Origin: Gammaproteobacteria bacterium
GTDB lineage: Bacteria > Pseudomonadota > Gammaproteobacteria > UBA4575
Reading direction: 5' to 3'
DNA: 64,000 nt
Assembly: GCA_965243395.1 (NCBI GenBank)
Contig: CBDEUS010000002.1
Coordinates: 608,001-672,000 of the forward strand
In this document: positions 62,274-64,000 of the stretch, in pieces
How the letters are laid out: the number at the start of each line of letters is the position of its first letter
Position numbering within the stretch: position 1 is the first letter of the stretch
Translations under genes and position numbers: made by a program
Notes under the pieces: model-generated
What the model was told of the DNA's origin: nothing
What the model saw: the letters and a program-made list of their open reading frames with translations, nothing else
The model's database searches: none

Positions 62274-63663
62274 TCCTGTAAATTATTTTATGAAAAAAAT
62301 GAACATGAAAACAAAAAGTGCTGCATTATTTTTACTATTGTTGCCGATAATAGCTGATGCAACGAACGGGTATTTTGCGCATGGTATTGGTATAAAAAAT
62401 CGAGCACTTGCAGGTGCCGGAGTCGCTTTTCCACAAGATGCCTTGGCAAGTGCTACAAACCCTGCGGGTATGGCTTTTATTGGAAATCGTTTTGATATCG
62501 GAGCGGTTTTGTTTCGACCAGATCGGGGTTATTCGGCACGAACAAGCCTTGCTAATGGAAATGGCGGAGCATTCACTATCGGACCTGATTCAGAAGATAG
62601 TGGAGACGCATCATTTTTAATCCCAAATTTTGGTATTAACTATATGTTGACAGAGAATGATGCAATTGGATTATCCATTTATGGTAATGGTGGTTTAAAT
62701 ACGTCTTATCAAGGCGGAAGTGCTTCATTTGATCCCACAGGAATGGGCGGAGCAGCTTCAACTTTTCCTGGTACATTTGGTGCGGGTACGGCTGGTGTGG
62801 ATCTGTTCCAAATATTTTTTAATTTTTCTTATGCGCATAAATTTTCTGAAAACTTTTCTATAGGCTTGAGTCCTATTTTTGTCGTACAGGGATTTCGCAG
62901 TAATGGTTTAGATACCTTTGCACCGTTTACAAAAACTTTTGCAGAAAATGGTGGAATGATAATGCCTGATAGCTTAACCGATAATGGCCAAGATTATTCT
63001 TATGGGGGTGGTGTGCAAGTTGGTTTATTAGCTAAAGATGTAATTGGCACAACTGACTTCGGTTTTTCTTATCGTTCAAAAATGTATATGGATGAGTTTG
63101 ACGATTATTCTGATTTATTTGCTGAAGACGGCGATTTTGATGTTCCGCCAACACTCTGGACGGGAATTGCAATTGAGTTAACGAAAAAATTAACTTTTGT
63201 CGCTGATTATCAAAAAATATGGTACGAAGACGTGGATGCGATTAGTAACGACGTTCAAAATTTATTTTCCTGTCCGACGGCTGGTTTGGGCGGCACTGAT
63301 GTTGATAGTTGCTTAGGCGGGAATACCGGGGGTGGTTTTGGTTGGGATGATATCGATATCATCAAACTAGGTCTTCAATGGCAAACTCACCCTGATGTCA
63401 CTATGCGCTTTGGTTATAGTCATTCAGATAACCCAATTGATGATGATCAAGTGCTTTTCAATATACTGGCCCCGGGTGTAGTCGAAGATCACATTACGAT
63501 TGGCGCTACAATAGAGACGAAGAATATGGGTGAAATCAACATCGAGGCGATGCATGCTTTACATAACTCCGTTAAAGGTGCGAATGCTTTTGATCCCACA
63601 CAGGAAATTCGCATAGGTATGCACCAGTTTGAATTAGGCCTCAGCTGGTCAAAGGAATTTTGA
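62260..63663 (+). CDS. FadL/OmpP1/TodX family outer membrane transporter (start probably about 62290-62305)
   Basis: ATNGYFAHG.G, NPAGM hatch motif, GFGWDD, NILAPGV, terminal Phe. Confidence 0.9.
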   Translation: MININPVNYFMKKMNMKTKSAALFLLLLPIIADATNGYFAHGIGIKNRALAGAGVAFPQDALASATNPAGMAFIGNRFDIGAVLFRPDRGYSARTSLANGNGGAFTIGPDSEDSGDASFLIPNFGINYMLTENDAIGLSIYGNGGLNTSYQGGSASFDPTGMGGAASTFPGTFGAGTAGVDLFQIFFNFSYAHKFSENFSIGLSPIFVVQGFRSNGLDTFAPFTKTFAENGGMIMPDSLTDNGQDYSYGGGVQVGLLAKDVIGTTDFGFSYRSKMYMDEFDDYSDLFAEDGDFDVPPTLWTGIAIELTKKLTFVADYQKIWYEDVDAISNDVQNLFSCPTAGLGGTDVDSCLGGNTGGGFGWDDIDIIKLGLQWQTHPDVTMRFGYSHSDNPIDDDQVLFNILAPGVVEDHITIGATIETKNMGEINIEAMHALHNSVKGANAFDPTQEIRIGMHQFELGLSWSKEF

Positions 63664-63671
63664 GGTGAATT

Positions 63672-64000
63672 ATGAATAACGAAAACACAGATATGTATTA
63701 CATAGTTGAATCAAAAAAAAATTTTGATCAAGTTGTTAAAGATTTAGAAGAAGCTATAAAAAATAATGGTTTCGGCATTTTACATATTCATAACTTAGGC
63801 AGTACATTACGAAGCAAAGGTGTTGCATTTAAAGAAGAATGTAAAATATTTGAAGTATGTAACCCCCTTGAAGCGGCCAAGGTTTTATCAGCCGATATGC
63901 GTTTAAATATGGCATTGCCTTGCCGTATTTCGGTATATACCGAGCACACTTCTACAAAAATTGGTTTTATCAGGCCAGAAAAGATTTTATCTGCGCTTTC
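63672..64000 (+). CDS. DUF302 domain protein, 3'-truncated
   Basis: MNNENTDMYYIVES...GFGILHIH...FEVCNP...ALPCRISVY. Confidence 0.88.
   Translation, partial: MNNENTDMYYIVESKKNFDQVVKDLEEAIKNNGFGILHIHNLGSTLRSKGVAFKEECKIFEVCNPLEAAKVLSADMRLNMALPCRISVYTEHTSTKIGFIRPEKILSAL

Overview
AT-rich gammaproteobacterial chromosome segment, probably marine (inferred from gene content). 1-25 kb is mostly core genes: purD, purH, fis, dusB, prmA, accC, accB, aroQ, msrA, dsbD, cutA, fxsA, groES/groEL (perfect CIRCE), ampD, arginyltransferase and gshA. It also holds a 5'-truncated PKD/beta-propeller/di-haem protein and a desaturase operon with an EHAG-repeat protein. 26-46 kb is a selenium-linked neighbourhood: oxidoreductase-SelD fusion, senB/senA selenoneine genes, an ArsS-like radical SAM and a TVP38-flavoprotein fusion. 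It is interrupted by a carbamoyltransferase/ferritin-like/SGNH cassette. 51-64 kb is an FNR-controlled microaerobic island and the best candidate for an undescribed system. It contains two divergent Cys-rich GST-fold paralogues, an XylM/AlkB-type di-iron monooxygenase with a QxxHH third box and no reductase or rubredoxin, and a small membrane protein. Around these lie an FNR with an unusual recognition helix, mostly variant (CTGAT-N4-ATCAG-type) boxes, two unannotated membrane micro-proteins with their own FNR-type promoters, OmpW, FadL, a truncated haemoglobin and a cbb3 oxidase. No rRNA, tRNA, CRISPR array or transposase was seen. All calls are by eye, with no database searches.
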